A DNA stretch of 64,000 nt from Cenarchaeum sp. (GTDB lineage Archaea; Thermoproteota; Nitrososphaeria; Nitrososphaerales; Nitrosopumilaceae), in NCBI GenBank assembly GCA_963693095.2, contig OY843768.1:1664001-1728000 (forward strand), given 5' to 3'. A program made the translations under genes and the position numbers. Shown here in pieces: positions 47,682 through 59,805 of the stretch (positions are counted from its first letter, which is position 1; each line of letters begins with the position of its first letter). The notes beneath the pieces were generated by a model. That model saw only the letters and a program-made list of their open reading frames with translations, made no database searches and was not told where the DNA came from.

Positions 47682-49115
47682 CTACACCTCTGTCCCAAAG
47701 CGGCGCTGCCCGATGGCCAGCGTTCTCAGGTTTACGACTATGGCACGGCCCACGGTGGGGCGAATGCCCTGGCTGGCCTGAAAGGACGTCTGCTTTTGCC
47801 ACGTGCCCGAGTTGACCATGAGAACGCCCCTGTACTGCTCGGCGCCGACGACGTGCACGTGGCCAGAGTGAAAGATGTCTGGCGGCTCCTCTATGACCAT
47901 CATGTCCTCGACCTCTGGCGCCACGGGCGTGCTCCCCCCGTATATCGGGCAGAGGTGCCTTGCGCGCAGGAGGTACTTCATGGCGCCCGCGGGCCGGTCA
48001 TAGCTGAGGCCCTGCGCCGACTTTACAATGTCATCGATGCTCTGCCCATGATACATGAGAACGCGCACGCCGTTGAGGCTGACAGTCACGGGGTTGCCGA
48101 CCATCCTGACGTTTGGGCGGCTCCACAGGCCGGGCGCGCACTCGCGGGGGATCGCCGGCTGGGGGAGCGCGCGCCTCCCCGGATCGTGGTTGCCCGGCGA
48201 TATCACCACATGCATGCGCTCGGGGATCTGCCCGATGAGCTCATCGAGGCGCGCGAGCTGCTCCTCGGCCGTCTGCAGCACGAGGTCCTTGTCCTGCCCG
48301 CGGTATATCCCAACACCGTCGACGACATCGCCGCACAAAAGGACGTGCCCGACGCGGCGCGCGGTGGCCTCGTCGCTAGACAGCCACGAGACGAGCCCGT
48401 CAAAGGCGGCCTCGTCAAAGTTGCGGCTCCCGACATGAAGGTCAGAGAGGAGAACCGCATAGACCTCTGAGGCAGACAGCCTCGGGCTGTGCCCCGAGAC
48501 GTCAGGAACCGACACCTCGCGCGCAATCACCCCGCCGTCCCTGCCGGCGGCCACGCGAACCATGACAAACTGGTCCGTGACGAGGGAGCCTGTCACGGCC
48601 CGCGCATCCGCGTCATACACTGCGAGCTCTAGGCTTCCGGTCGGATCCTCAATGACGAGCCTGTCAGACTTGCCCGAGCCGGCCTTGCGCTCGCTGACGA
48701 GGCCGCACGTGTGCGCGCCGTCCTCGATGCGCCCCTCCTTTATGGCCGATATGCGCCTGAGCGACCTGCCCTCAGACCGGCGCGAGACGAGGGCGCGCAT
48801 CTTTTCGTACCTGCTCACAAAGAGCGCGCCAAACCCCACGACGCCCTCGCCTGAGGCCGTTCTTCCCGTGGGATCGCTTATCGTCTCGCAGACGGCCTCA
48901 AAGGGCTCATCGACGGGGGCGACGCCGAGCGCACTGGCCATGTCCCCACCACTGATGGTTCGGTCACCCCCCCGCTCCTTTTTCCTGACCACCTCGCGGA
49001 CCGCGCGCTGGATCACCCCGGCGTCGGCGGACTCTAGAACGCGAACCGCATCGGGGTGAACCTGAAAGCCGCGCCTTAGGGCAAACTGCAGAACCGCCGC
49101 GATGTCATCGCCCAT
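47682..49115 (-). CDS. polB: DNA polymerase D small subunit DP1
   Basis: OB fold; SDLHVGS, GDVVDG, PGNHD, YHG, HLCP, GHVH. Confidence 0.93.
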   Translation of the reverse strand: MGDDIAAVLQFALRRGFQVHPDAVRVLESADAGVIQRAVREVVRKKERGGDRTISGGDMASALGVAPVDEPFEAVCETISDPTGRTASGEGVVGFGALFVSRYEKMRALVSRRSEGRSLRRISAIKEGRIEDGAHTCGLVSERKAGSGKSDRLVIEDPTGSLELAVYDADARAVTGSLVTDQFVMVRVAAGRDGGVIAREVSVPDVSGHSPRLSASEVYAVLLSDLHVGSRNFDEAAFDGLVSWLSSDEATARRVGHVLLCGDVVDGVGIYRGQDKDLVLQTAEEQLARLDELIGQIPERMHVVISPGNHDPGRRALPQPAIPRECAPGLWSRPNVRMVGNPVTVSLNGVRVLMYHGQSIDDIVKSAQGLSYDRPAGAMKYLLRARHLCPIYGGSTPVAPEVEDMMVIEEPPDIFHSGHVHVVGAEQYRGVLMVNSGTWQKQTSFQASQGIRPTVGRAIVVNLRTLAIGQRRFGTEV

Positions 49116-49209
49116 GGGCGGCTCGCCGGCGGGGTTTCTAATTAACCTGACCGCCGGACTTGCGCGCCCGCCGACTGCTTTATACCACGCCTGCGGCAGC
49201 GAGGCCGCC

Positions 49210-49734
49210 ATGATACGCCTCTGGGCGTTCCTGGCTGCAACGGGGGCGTTCCTCGGCATGTACCTTGTCGGCTCCCTCGTCGAGCCCGCCGAGGCCGAAG
49301 CCGAGAGGTTCATGGAGGAGTTTGAGAGCCTCGTGGACGGAATCGACGCGCTTGGCATATTTGTGCACAATTCGATGCTTGCCGCGCCAATGTTCCTGCC
49401 CGGCCTGGGCCCGGCAGTCGGCCTCTATTCTGCGTGGTCCACGGGATACGCGTTTGCGGCGATCTCGGCTAGCGTGCCGGCGGTGCAGGGCATTCCGGCC
49501 ATAGCGATCCTCCTCACTCCCGTCGGCCTCATGGAGCTCGCCGCGTACTCGCTGGGCATGTCACGCGGCGCGCTCTTTGGCCTGGCCCTCCTGCGCTCAA
49601 GGCCTGCGCGCCCGCACCTCCGCATGGTGGCCATCGAGGGTGCCGTCGCCGCAGCGCTCCTGGCCGTCGCCGCCGTGGTGGAGCACGCGGCCATAACGGC
49701 CACGGGACTCGCACCGTCGGCCGCATCCGTCTAG
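49210..49734 (+). CDS. SpoIIM/DUF95-like membrane protein
   Basis: IFVHN..P.GLMELAAY..AAVVE; multiple TM segments. Confidence 0.75.
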   Translation: MIRLWAFLAATGAFLGMYLVGSLVEPAEAEAERFMEEFESLVDGIDALGIFVHNSMLAAPMFLPGLGPAVGLYSAWSTGYAFAAISASVPAVQGIPAIAILLTPVGLMELAAYSLGMSRGALFGLALLRSRPARPHLRMVAIEGAVAAALLAVAAVVEHAAITATGLAPSAASV

Positions 49735-49819
49735 GCCACGCGTGGGCGTGCGCACTTTAACGCATTCACTCTAAAATAATTTGGAACCGTATTATAGTCA
49801 GCCCCCGCGAGCGCCAGCC

Positions 49820-50716
49820 ATGAACGCCACGTATGCGCTCCTAGGCGCCGCCGTCGCCCTCGCGCTGGCCTCGTGCTCTGGCGCCTCGGCTGCCCCGTCA
49901 GGCCCGATCTCCCTTGACGCCTCGGGGTATGCGGCCATAGACGGCGCCATCAGGGCAGTCTCGATGGACCTGGCGCTCTCGGCGCGTGATGATGGAACAC
50001 TCTCGTCGGTGCGCGGGACGATCATGGTGGGCGATGACGTGCTGAGCAGGCTGGATATCGACGGCTTGTTCCTGCGCGAGGCTAGGTTCCTGCGCGTGTC
50101 AGGAACGGCCGAGGGGCAGGGAGACGCCGTCATGCTAAAGATGCTAGGCAGGCTCGCCGAAGAGCAGGGCAGGGACTCGGCATACCTCTTTACGGGAACG
50201 CTAGAGCGCAACGGCGTGGTGGGCAAGGCCGTCCTTGCCGCATCGCTCTCACAGCTTGCCGAGGCGGCCACGGGAATGACCGCGACGGCTGCGTCGGTGA
50301 CCATACTGCCCAGTGCGCGCGTGCCCGGCGCGCCGCCGGGGAGCCTTGACGTCTCTACGGTACAGGCCACGCCGGGTCAGGTGCTGACCATATCCAACAC
50401 GAGCGCCACAAAGCACCGGCTTGTGAGCGGCACGATAAACGACTGGTTTTACGAGCGCGACGGCGATCCGCGCACATGCGCGCCAGACGGGACGCCAGAC
50501 GTGGAAGTCGAGCGCGAGAACCGCAACCACACGTCTGCGGACGTTGTTACGAGCGACAGGTGCGACTTTACGCGCGACGGGCGCGTGGACGTGGAGATCG
50601 AGCCAGGCGAGTCGGCCAGCATACAGGTGCAAGACACGGGAATATACCGCATGCTCGATCTGGACTCGCCGTGGATTCAGCTGACCGCCGTCTCAGTCGC
50701 CTTGCCACCGCGCTGA
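49820..50716 (+). CDS. Exported protein with C-terminal cupredoxin-like domain lacking Cu ligands
   Basis: Signal peptide; N..HRLVSG..IEPGES..GIYRMLDLDSPWI. Confidence 0.6.
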   Translation: MNATYALLGAAVALALASCSGASAAPSGPISLDASGYAAIDGAIRAVSMDLALSARDDGTLSSVRGTIMVGDDVLSRLDIDGLFLREARFLRVSGTAEGQGDAVMLKMLGRLAEEQGRDSAYLFTGTLERNGVVGKAVLAASLSQLAEAATGMTATAASVTILPSARVPGAPPGSLDVSTVQATPGQVLTISNTSATKHRLVSGTINDWFYERDGDPRTCAPDGTPDVEVERENRNHTSADVVTSDRCDFTRDGRVDVEIEPGESASIQVQDTGIYRMLDLDSPWIQLTAVSVALPPR

Positions 50717-51915
50717 TCGTCCCACTGCCAGCGGTAGTTCATGTAAGAGTCGTCCTCATGGTCGCCAAACACCATGACTAGGTGCCCGGAGAACTCCCTG
50801 CCGACGAGATCCTCGACATTGCCGTCAAAGGAGCGCTCGCTGGACAGCGTGAGGTCCTCGTACACGCGCACGCGTATGGACGCCGTGGGCAGGCCGCCCT
50901 CATGCAGGTAGCGCGCCGCGTCAGCAGGCATGAACTCGAGGTCAGGCCGCTTGGGCCACGGGCGCGGTACTAGCACGACACACTCGCCGTCGATGAGGGC
51001 CTTTTTGAGCTCGACCTTTTTGCGCTCTATGGAGGACGTCACGTGCATCGAGATGATGCGGCAGCGATCGAGGGGAACGCGCGCGCGCGCGGCGGCGACC
51101 TGGATTGCGCTGATGCCCGGCACGACGGTGACTCCGCCAAAGACCTCGGCGAGGCGGTCGACGACCTCAGACTCTGAAAAGCTCGCATCGCCGGTGAAAA
51201 GGACACCGACGCTCCTCGCCGTACCGCCGGCGACCTCGCCGTACACACCCTCCTGGTTCCCCATGGTCACCTCGCGCACGTCCTTTTTGCCAAGGAGCGA
51301 CTCTGCTGTGCGCAACGCGCCTGAATACCCCACAATGACATCGCACGCGGCGATCGCCTCGGCAGCCGCGCGCGTCATCATCTCGGGCGCACCCGGCCCG
51401 ACGCCTATGGCATATGCGGCAATGCGCGCAGGCTCGCCGGAGCGTTCCCTGACAAAGGCGACGAGGGGTTCCCAGTCAACCCGCATGTACTTTGAGGGGT
51501 CCTTTGCGGGATACTTTACCCAGTCAAGAACGACGGAGAACCGGCGCTTCTCGGTTTTGCCGCCGCGCCTGTAGGCGAGGCGCAGCACGCTGCCCCAGGC
51601 CTTCTCCTCCCAATCCGCACTGAGCACGTCGCGAAGCGGAATCTCGTCGTTCTTTTCGTTCTCTAGATCGCGCGCTAGCTCGGCCTCGTCGTACCCGTCA
51701 TGCCTGATCATCACGTCAGGCGACTTTAGCAGCGAGACGGCCTGCCTCTGCACGACGGCCTGCCACCACCTCATCTTTGCCTCCGTCTTGTGGACAAACA
51801 TGATGTGCTTGTCAGTCAGGATCAGCATGCCCTCGCGGCCGCCAACGGCTATCCGCCTGTCGGCCTCGCGCCAGATCGAGACAACGTGCGCGCGTATCTG
51901 CTCACCCTCCTCCAT
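50677..51915 (-). CDS. cbiE: Fusion of a PH-like N-terminal domain and CbiE methyltransferase
   Basis: GMLILTDK.. N-domain, then AIGVGPG..TGDASFSESE..PGISAIQVAAA in one frame. Confidence 0.75.
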   Translation of the reverse strand: MEEGEQIRAHVVSIWREADRRIAVGGREGMLILTDKHIMFVHKTEAKMRWWQAVVQRQAVSLLKSPDVMIRHDGYDEAELARDLENEKNDEIPLRDVLSADWEEKAWGSVLRLAYRRGGKTEKRRFSVVLDWVKYPAKDPSKYMRVDWEPLVAFVRERSGEPARIAAYAIGVGPGAPEMMTRAAAEAIAACDVIVGYSGALRTAESLLGKKDVREVTMGNQEGVYGEVAGGTARSVGVLFTGDASFSESEVVDRLAEVFGGVTVVPGISAIQVAAARARVPLDRCRIISMHVTSSIERKKVELKKALIDGECVVLVPRPWPKRPDLEFMPADAARYLHEGGLPTASIRVRVYEDLTLSSERSFDGNVEDLVGREFSGHLVMVFGDHEDDSYMNYRWQWDDQRGGKATETAVS

Positions 51916-52042
51916 GTGGGCTCGCCGGCTGACCCGTGGCGTTAAAAACCATATAGCAGGTTCTGCGCCCCGGCAGCACCGCCGCACAACGGGGCCCGAT
52001 CCGTGCGATTGGCTTTTATTCAAGCGCAACGGGGCGGCACGC

Positions 52043-53734
52043 GTGCGTGCCACGGCCGTGATCCTGATCGCAGCGCTCATTGTGGGTGCTGGCGCCCCGG
52101 CAGCCTATGCGCAGGGCGACGGGATGGCCATCGACGTCGAGCCGGCGATGGGCGGCGAGATGGCCGTGGAGGTTGAGCCGGCGATGGGCGGCGAGAACCT
52201 TGTGGTCATCGAGACTGTGGCCGGCACGTTCACGATTGAGCTATTTGACGAGGACGCGCCAAACCACGCCGCAAACTTTAGGGCACTTGCGGACTCGGGC
52301 TATTACAACGGAACGCTCTTTCACAGGATCATTCCAGGATTTATGATCCAGGGCGGAGACGACAACACGATAGACGGCGACTCGTCGACGTGGGGCCAGG
52401 GCGGGGCGGCCTTTGGGCCTGAAGAGTCGGTGGCAGCCGAGTTTAACGACATTCGACACATGCGCGGAATCGTCTCCATGGCGCGCTCTGCGAGCCCTGA
52501 TAGCGCCGGCTCGCAGTTCTTTATAGTGCATGACCAGGCGACGTTCCTTGATGGCCAGTACACCGCATTTGGGAGGGTTGTGACCACAGACAGCCTAGAC
52601 GCGCTAGACGCGATCGCCGCCCTAGAGACGGCCTCGTCTGACCAGCCGGTAAACCCCGAGGACGCAAGGGTGCTCGGCGCGTACACGATCATGCGCTCAG
52701 AGGCCGGCGAGCTGCTTGAGCTGGAGGCGCCGGAGCGACTAGCCGAGGACACGGAAAGCGAGGACGTGACAGCCGAGGAGCCCTCGCTTATAGATCCCAT
52801 AACGCTTGAGGACGGCGTATACACCAACAAAAAGCTCGGCGTGTCCTTTGAGCCGCCAGAGGGCTGGAACGTCACAGAGCTCCCGACTCCAAAGCAGAGC
52901 CCCAATGTCCCGGACATTGTGGTGGTCGGGCCCGCAGACGACAACCTGCCACCCGTCATATCAGTGGACATACAGTATATGGGAGACAGGACGCTTGATG
53001 CGTACATTGAGACGCGCAACGAGTCGCGCGCCGCGGCGATCGAGTCTGGCGAACTCGTCCTTGATGACCCCGAGGAGATCGAGCTTAACGGGCGCATGGC
53101 GATGAGCCAGGACGCGACGGGAACGTTTGTCACCAACGACGGCGAGGAGCAAGTCGCCTTTAGGGAGGTCATATTTGAGTCAGGCGACAAGTTCTATGGG
53201 CTCACCTACATGAGCACGAGCGCGGGCTATGATGCCAGCCTTGGCCTGTTCGAGGAGACGCTTGAAACGTTCATGACGTCCTCTGAGATGCCTGCTGATG
53301 CCGAGGCCGAGGCTGATGCCGAGGCCGAGGCTGATGCCGAGGCCGAGGAGATGACATCAGAGCCAGAGGGCGGCGGGTGCCTCATTGCGACTGCCGCATA
53401 CGGCACGGAGATGGCCCACGAGGTCCAGATCCTGCGCGAGACGCGCGACTCTGTCCTCGGCACCGCTACAGGCTCGGCGTTCATGTCGGCCTTTAACGGC
53501 GTATACTATGCGTTCTCGCCCACCGTTGCTGACTGGGAGCGCGAGAGCCCCGAGTTTCGCGCCCTCGTGAGGGCCCTCATCACGCCGATGGTCGCCTCGC
53601 TGTCGATAATGTCAGCCGCCGGCGATGATGCCTCAGACATTGGCGTCGCCTCGCTAGGCGCCCTAGTCATCGCGCTTAACGTCGGCATGTACGTCGCCGC
53701 ACCGGCGGCACTCGCCTGGCGCCTCAGGCGCTAA
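52043..53734 (+). CDS. Exported cyclophilin-type PPIase with a second domain and CFI-box-CTERM anchor
   Basis: FHRIIPGFMIQGGD, SMAR, GSQFFI; GGGCLIATAAYG; C-terminal TM. Confidence 0.9.
   Translation: MRATAVILIAALIVGAGAPAAYAQGDGMAIDVEPAMGGEMAVEVEPAMGGENLVVIETVAGTFTIELFDEDAPNHAANFRALADSGYYNGTLFHRIIPGFMIQGGDDNTIDGDSSTWGQGGAAFGPEESVAAEFNDIRHMRGIVSMARSASPDSAGSQFFIVHDQATFLDGQYTAFGRVVTTDSLDALDAIAALETASSDQPVNPEDARVLGAYTIMRSEAGELLELEAPERLAEDTESEDVTAEEPSLIDPITLEDGVYTNKKLGVSFEPPEGWNVTELPTPKQSPNVPDIVVVGPADDNLPPVISVDIQYMGDRTLDAYIETRNESRAAAIESGELVLDDPEEIELNGRMAMSQDATGTFVTNDGEEQVAFREVIFESGDKFYGLTYMSTSAGYDASLGLFEETLETFMTSSEMPADAEAEADAEAEADAEAEEMTSEPEGGGCLIATAAYGTEMAHEVQILRETRDSVLGTATGSAFMSAFNGVYYAFSPTVADWERESPEFRALVRALITPMVASLSIMSAAGDDASDIGVASLGALVIALNVGMYVAAPAALAWRLRR
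53294..53347 (+). repeat. 3 x 18-bp coding tandem repeat (ADAEAE)
   Basis: GCTGATGCCGAGGCCGAG x3. Confidence 0.9.
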
Positions 53735-53745
53735 GACGAGCGCCC

Positions 53746-54258
53746 ATGCGCTCGCCGCACATCATCGCGCCGGCCATTGCCTTTGCGGTTCTCATCGCGA
53801 CTGTGAGCTGGGGCTGGCTTGCCGAGGACGTGCGCCCCCCGTGCGCCGGAAGCGACGAGGCGTCGATGTGCTGGCAGGGCCGCATTACGCGCATAGTGGA
53901 CGGTGACACGCTAGACGTTGACGGCGCACGCATAAGGCTCGCGCTAGTCGACGCGCCGGAGCTTGGCGAGGCGGGCTACGATTCGGCGACTGCAAGACTC
54001 GCTGAGCTCTGCCCAGTCGGCGCGCGCGCCGCAGTCGACGTCGACGATGCGCAGCCAGACGGCAGCCATGGGCGCGCCATTGCGACAGTCGCCTGCGAGG
54101 CCAACGGCATCGCCGTCATCGCCAACGCCGAAATGATAGACGGGGGGCATGCCGGCATTTATGCGCGATTTTGCGACATCTCTGAATTTGCCGTCGGCGC
54201 AGAGGCGGGGTCAGGCTGGGCGCACGAGGCGTGCTCGTCACTTCCCCCGACCCTATAG
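53746..54258 (+). CDS. Thermonuclease (SNase-like), exported
   Basis: IVDGDT..IRLALVDAPE..HGR..NAEMI..GHA. Confidence 0.88.
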   Translation: MRSPHIIAPAIAFAVLIATVSWGWLAEDVRPPCAGSDEASMCWQGRITRIVDGDTLDVDGARIRLALVDAPELGEAGYDSATARLAELCPVGARAAVDVDDAQPDGSHGRAIATVACEANGIAVIANAEMIDGGHAGIYARFCDISEFAVGAEAGSGWAHEACSSLPPTL

Positions 54259-54918
54259 CCTCTCTTGCCCCTGTCCTGGTGAGCGCATTATATCATATGC
54301 GCGCGCCGCATCGCGCTCGTTGAGTATCACCATGACAGCATCATGGCCAAAGAACGCGTTGACGAGCTCAATGCCCTCGTTATGGAGAATCTCTGTAACA
54401 TAGGAGACTATATCCGAGTGCGTGTGATCCTTTGGCACGGTGATTGTTATCTTTGCGAGCTGGCGGCTCAGGCGCCCCCCGTCGGCGGTTCCGCCCAAAA
54501 GGTCACGTGCTGCTGCCGCATCCTCCGTTATCACGCTAAACGTGTCAGCGAGCCTAAAGTACTCATAATCGTCGGTGATCTCGGCTAGCTTGCTGAGAAC
54601 CGAAAATGGATCCCTGCGAAAGTCGCGCATCGAAAAGCTCACGCCTAGCATGCCGTCAGTCAGCGAGAGGCGCGCGTCCTTGAGGGCGTCGTTTTCCTCC
54701 TCCTCCCCACTCTCAAACGAGTCGGCATAGCGCTTTATGGCCACGACGATCGTGTTGATGTTGGCCGGCGTGCCAGTAAGCCTCTCGACACCCGGCCGTA
54801 TGCGGGCGGCCAGGGCCGTATAGTTGGCGATGCCCAGCTTGACACAGTCATACAGCGAGCGATTGTGCGTGATTACCTCCCTGACAGCGTCATGTACTGA
54901 GGCTCCGGGCGCCTTCAT
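54253..54918 (-). CDS. ACT-domain-containing protein
   Basis: LGIANYTALA N-terminus; ACT-like C-terminus. Confidence 0.75.
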   Translation of the reverse strand: MKAPGASVHDAVREVITHNRSLYDCVKLGIANYTALAARIRPGVERLTGTPANINTIVVAIKRYADSFESGEEEENDALKDARLSLTDGMLGVSFSMRDFRRDPFSVLSKLAEITDDYEYFRLADTFSVITEDAAAARDLLGGTADGGRLSRQLAKITITVPKDHTHSDIVSYVTEILHNEGIELVNAFFGHDAVMVILNERDAARAYDIMRSPGQGQERL

Positions 54919-54982
54919 GGAGGCAATAATGACCTGTCTCCTTTATTAGTCTATCACAACAAGGCCATACAAACGGCGATTA

Positions 54983-55009
54983 TTTTATATTATGTCATAT
55001 GTATGACAT
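54983..55009 (+). promoter_or_regulatory. TATA box and palindromic operator ATGTCATA-N2-TATGACAT upstream of hsp20-cdc48
   Basis: TTTTATAT at 54983-90 followed by a perfect 8-bp inverted repeat at 54992-55009. Confidence 0.65.
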
Positions 55010-55015
55010 TATGTA

Positions 55016-55489
55016 ATGAAAAGCGAGATAGAGCGCCTCTTTGAGAGCCTCTTCGGGCCCACCATGGGCACGGGGTTCCAGGGAGGCCACGAGGCCTGCT
55101 CGCCCGGCTCGGTCTGCTATGGGTACACCATGGCAGTCGGCCCGGATGGCAGGCCGGTCATCAAGGAGTTCGGCAGCGAAGGCGCGACCCCCGAGAACGG
55201 TGCACGTGAGCCCCTAGTGGACACGATCACCAACGAAAAGGAGGGAACCGCCAAGCTCGTAGCCGAGATGCCTGGGGTGGAGCGCAGCGACATTGGCGTG
55301 TCTGTGGATGACAGGCGCGTCAGTATCGAGGCAGAGCACGGCGACAAAAGGTACAGCGTCGCCGTCCCCCTCAAGCGCAAGGTCGTAAAGGACTCCGCGA
55401 AGGCAACATACAAGAACGGCATACTGGAAGTAACCTTCCGGCTAGCAGAGGGTGAGAAGCCCCGCGGCCGAAAGGTGGAGGTCCAGTAG
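55016..55489 (+). CDS. hsp20: Archaeal small heat-shock protein Hsp20
   Basis: YGYTM..GPDGRP..EPLVD..AEMPGV..YKNGILEV. Confidence 0.92.
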   Translation: MKSEIERLFESLFGPTMGTGFQGGHEACSPGSVCYGYTMAVGPDGRPVIKEFGSEGATPENGAREPLVDTITNEKEGTAKLVAEMPGVERSDIGVSVDDRRVSIEAEHGDKRYSVAVPLKRKVVKDSAKATYKNGILEVTFRLAEGEKPRGRKVEVQ

Positions 55490-55514
55490 CCCTTCTTTTT
55501 TTTATGGTGAGTGA

Positions 55515-57671
<2,157 letters not shown>

Positions 57672-57698
57672 ATCACGCGCGCCGCGGCGTGCCGAGCA

Positions 57699-58805
57699 GT
57701 GGCTCGGAGCAACTATGACATACTCGGCCTCGAGGAGGGCGCTGACGAGAGGGAGGTTCAGCGCGCATTTCGCCGCCTCGCGCTGCGCTACCACTCTGAT
57801 CGCGGGGGCGATGAGGAGCGCTTTAAGGAGATAAAGCGCGCGTATGACGACCTTCGCGCAGGCCGCGCGCGCCAGACGACCCCGCCGGGAGCCGGCATGG
57901 ATGACAGCATCGAGTCGGCCAGGCGGAACACGGCCCTTGCGCGCGAGGTCACAAGAGAGATGCGCGAGGCCGAATCGTGGGCAGCAACGCTTGTTGCCAC
58001 GGCCGCCACGGGCACGCGCCTCTTTGGCTCAAAGTCCCTCGGCGAAGTCGAGCTTGAGCGCAGGGCAAACGGCGTCCTCTCGATAAAGGGCAACGTCATG
58101 GCCGGAACGATGCGCTACGCCGGCCCGATAACGGTGAGCGGGGCGATCACGAGCCCAACGCATGGTGCCGAGCCCACTGCGATAACTGCGACTGTGGGTG
58201 ACTTTATGATCCCCGGCGCTGTCGCCAACCGCTACAGGATTGAGAACGGCGCCATGATCACCGCCGAGAACGGCAACATTGCGGCAGGCAACGTCTTTGG
58301 AAAAAAACGGCGCATCGGAGACACCGAGGGCAGAGTCGGCGTCTATAGCGTGACAGAGTACAGGACACGGCTCTCGGCCCCCAACGGGACGATAACTGCC
58401 AACAATGCGTCAGGAACCGTCGAGCTTCGCGCACTGCGCGTGGAGGTCAACAACCTCCAGGACGACGTGATCGTCTCGGCGCGCGACATTGTCGTCCGGG
58501 GCAACTCGGTCACGCACGACGTCACGTTTCACGTTGGCGAGGGCGGCACGCTACGATTTATGGTGACCGGCTCGATACTTGGCCTAAGCGATGACGCGAC
58601 TGTCTCACTGGGCGATGGCCGCTCGCTGAGCCTGCGCGAGCTAAAGGTCAAAAAGATACGCGATATCGACGGCGCGAGACGGGATGCCGGAGAGGCGACG
58701 CTGGTCGGCGCGGGCCACGTCATCACGCGCGCGACGCTCGACGCCCTCGCCGGCGGCGAGTCGCTCGGATCGCGCCTGCGGGGCCTGGCGCGCAGGCGCC
58801 GCTAG
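57699..58805 (+). CDS. J-domain protein (HSD variant) with beta-rich C-terminus
   Basis: NYDILGL..FRRLALRYHSDRGG..FKEIKRAY. Confidence 0.82.
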   Translation: MARSNYDILGLEEGADEREVQRAFRRLALRYHSDRGGDEERFKEIKRAYDDLRAGRARQTTPPGAGMDDSIESARRNTALAREVTREMREAESWAATLVATAATGTRLFGSKSLGEVELERRANGVLSIKGNVMAGTMRYAGPITVSGAITSPTHGAEPTAITATVGDFMIPGAVANRYRIENGAMITAENGNIAAGNVFGKKRRIGDTEGRVGVYSVTEYRTRLSAPNGTITANNASGTVELRALRVEVNNLQDDVIVSARDIVVRGNSVTHDVTFHVGEGGTLRFMVTGSILGLSDDATVSLGDGRSLSLRELKVKKIRDIDGARRDAGEATLVGAGHVITRATLDALAGGESLGSRLRGLARRRR

Positions 58806-58834
58806 ACGCAGATAAATGAAAAAAGCCTTTCGGC

Positions 58835-59134
58835 TTATTGTATGAGCTCGTCCCAGCCTTTCACAAAGACGGAGTTCTTGTAGAGAGGCACTGGCTGGCC
58901 GACGGTGAAGTCCATCGGACGCATCCAGAAGATAGCCTTCGTCGGGCACACGCCTATGCATGCGCCATCTGAAATGCATCTCTCAGGATAGAAGACGAAC
59001 GCTTTGCCCCTCTTCCACCCCTCTACTGGTTTTACACGCAGGACATCAGGTCCGAGCGTTGTGCATATTTCCACGCATAGAGCGCATCCAATACACATCT
59101 GCTCGCTGATATCCGGCAGGATTGCCACTGGCAT
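58835..59134 (-). CDS. 4Fe-4S ferredoxin
   Basis: CIGCALCVEIC and CISDGACIGVCP. Confidence 0.92.
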   Translation of the reverse strand: MPVAILPDISEQMCIGCALCVEICTTLGPDVLRVKPVEGWKRGKAFVFYPERCISDGACIGVCPTKAIFWMRPMDFTVGQPVPLYKNSVFVKGWDELIQ

Positions 59135-59206
59135 TACGATGCCAGCGCGCGGCGTAGTTAATATAACTTGCCCATATTCCCCAAATTATAACGACGTTAG
59201 CGCGGC

Positions 59207-59776
59207 TCATAACACCGTTTGAGGCCTGCCTGCCATCCCGCCCTTGAGGACCTCGGGGCACGCCTCGCCGTCGGCCCCCGCATGAACCCAGACCCACGTC
59301 GCATCGGCCCCCAGGGCCGTGACGCGCCTGCCCATGGGCACGAGTGCCCAGCCCGCCGAGTCTGGCCTGGCCATGCACGCCACGACGAGTGACGCGCCAG
59401 ACCGCCTAGCCATCGAGGCGAGCATCATGAGCGACGAGTTGACGGCCATCGTCTCGTGCGCGGCGCACGCGCGGTGCATGCCGTTTAGCGAGTCGATTAC
59501 GACGAGGCACGAGCCGCGCGAGGCGCGCGAGATTGCAGTGGCCATCGTCTCCCTGACGCGACCCGCAGGGCAGACTGCCTCTACGCGCCGCGCACGCCCG
59601 AGCATGCCGGCGGCGACGTGGCCAGAGTACATTAGGTCAAAGTCAACATACAGGACATCGCGACCCGCCTCGCCCACCGTTGCGCCGAGGATCGCCGCCT
59701 TTGCGAGGGGCTCGTCATACATGAGGACTGCGACCTCGCCGGCCCGAACGGCGATGCCTCCACGGTTTTTATCCAT
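59207..59776 (-). CDS. Degenerate RecA/KaiC-like P-loop protein
   Basis: VLYVDFD, LVVIDSLNG; start uncertain. Confidence 0.6.
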   Translation of the reverse strand: MDKNRGGIAVRAGEVAVLMYDEPLAKAAILGATVGEAGRDVLYVDFDLMYSGHVAAGMLGRARRVEAVCPAGRVRETMATAISRASRGSCLVVIDSLNGMHRACAAHETMAVNSSLMMLASMARRSGASLVVACMARPDSAGWALVPMGRRVTALGADATWVWVHAGADGEACPEVLKGGMAGRPQTVL

Positions 59777-59805
59777 GCGCCACGCGCGCGCGGGCCGGCA
59801 TAATA

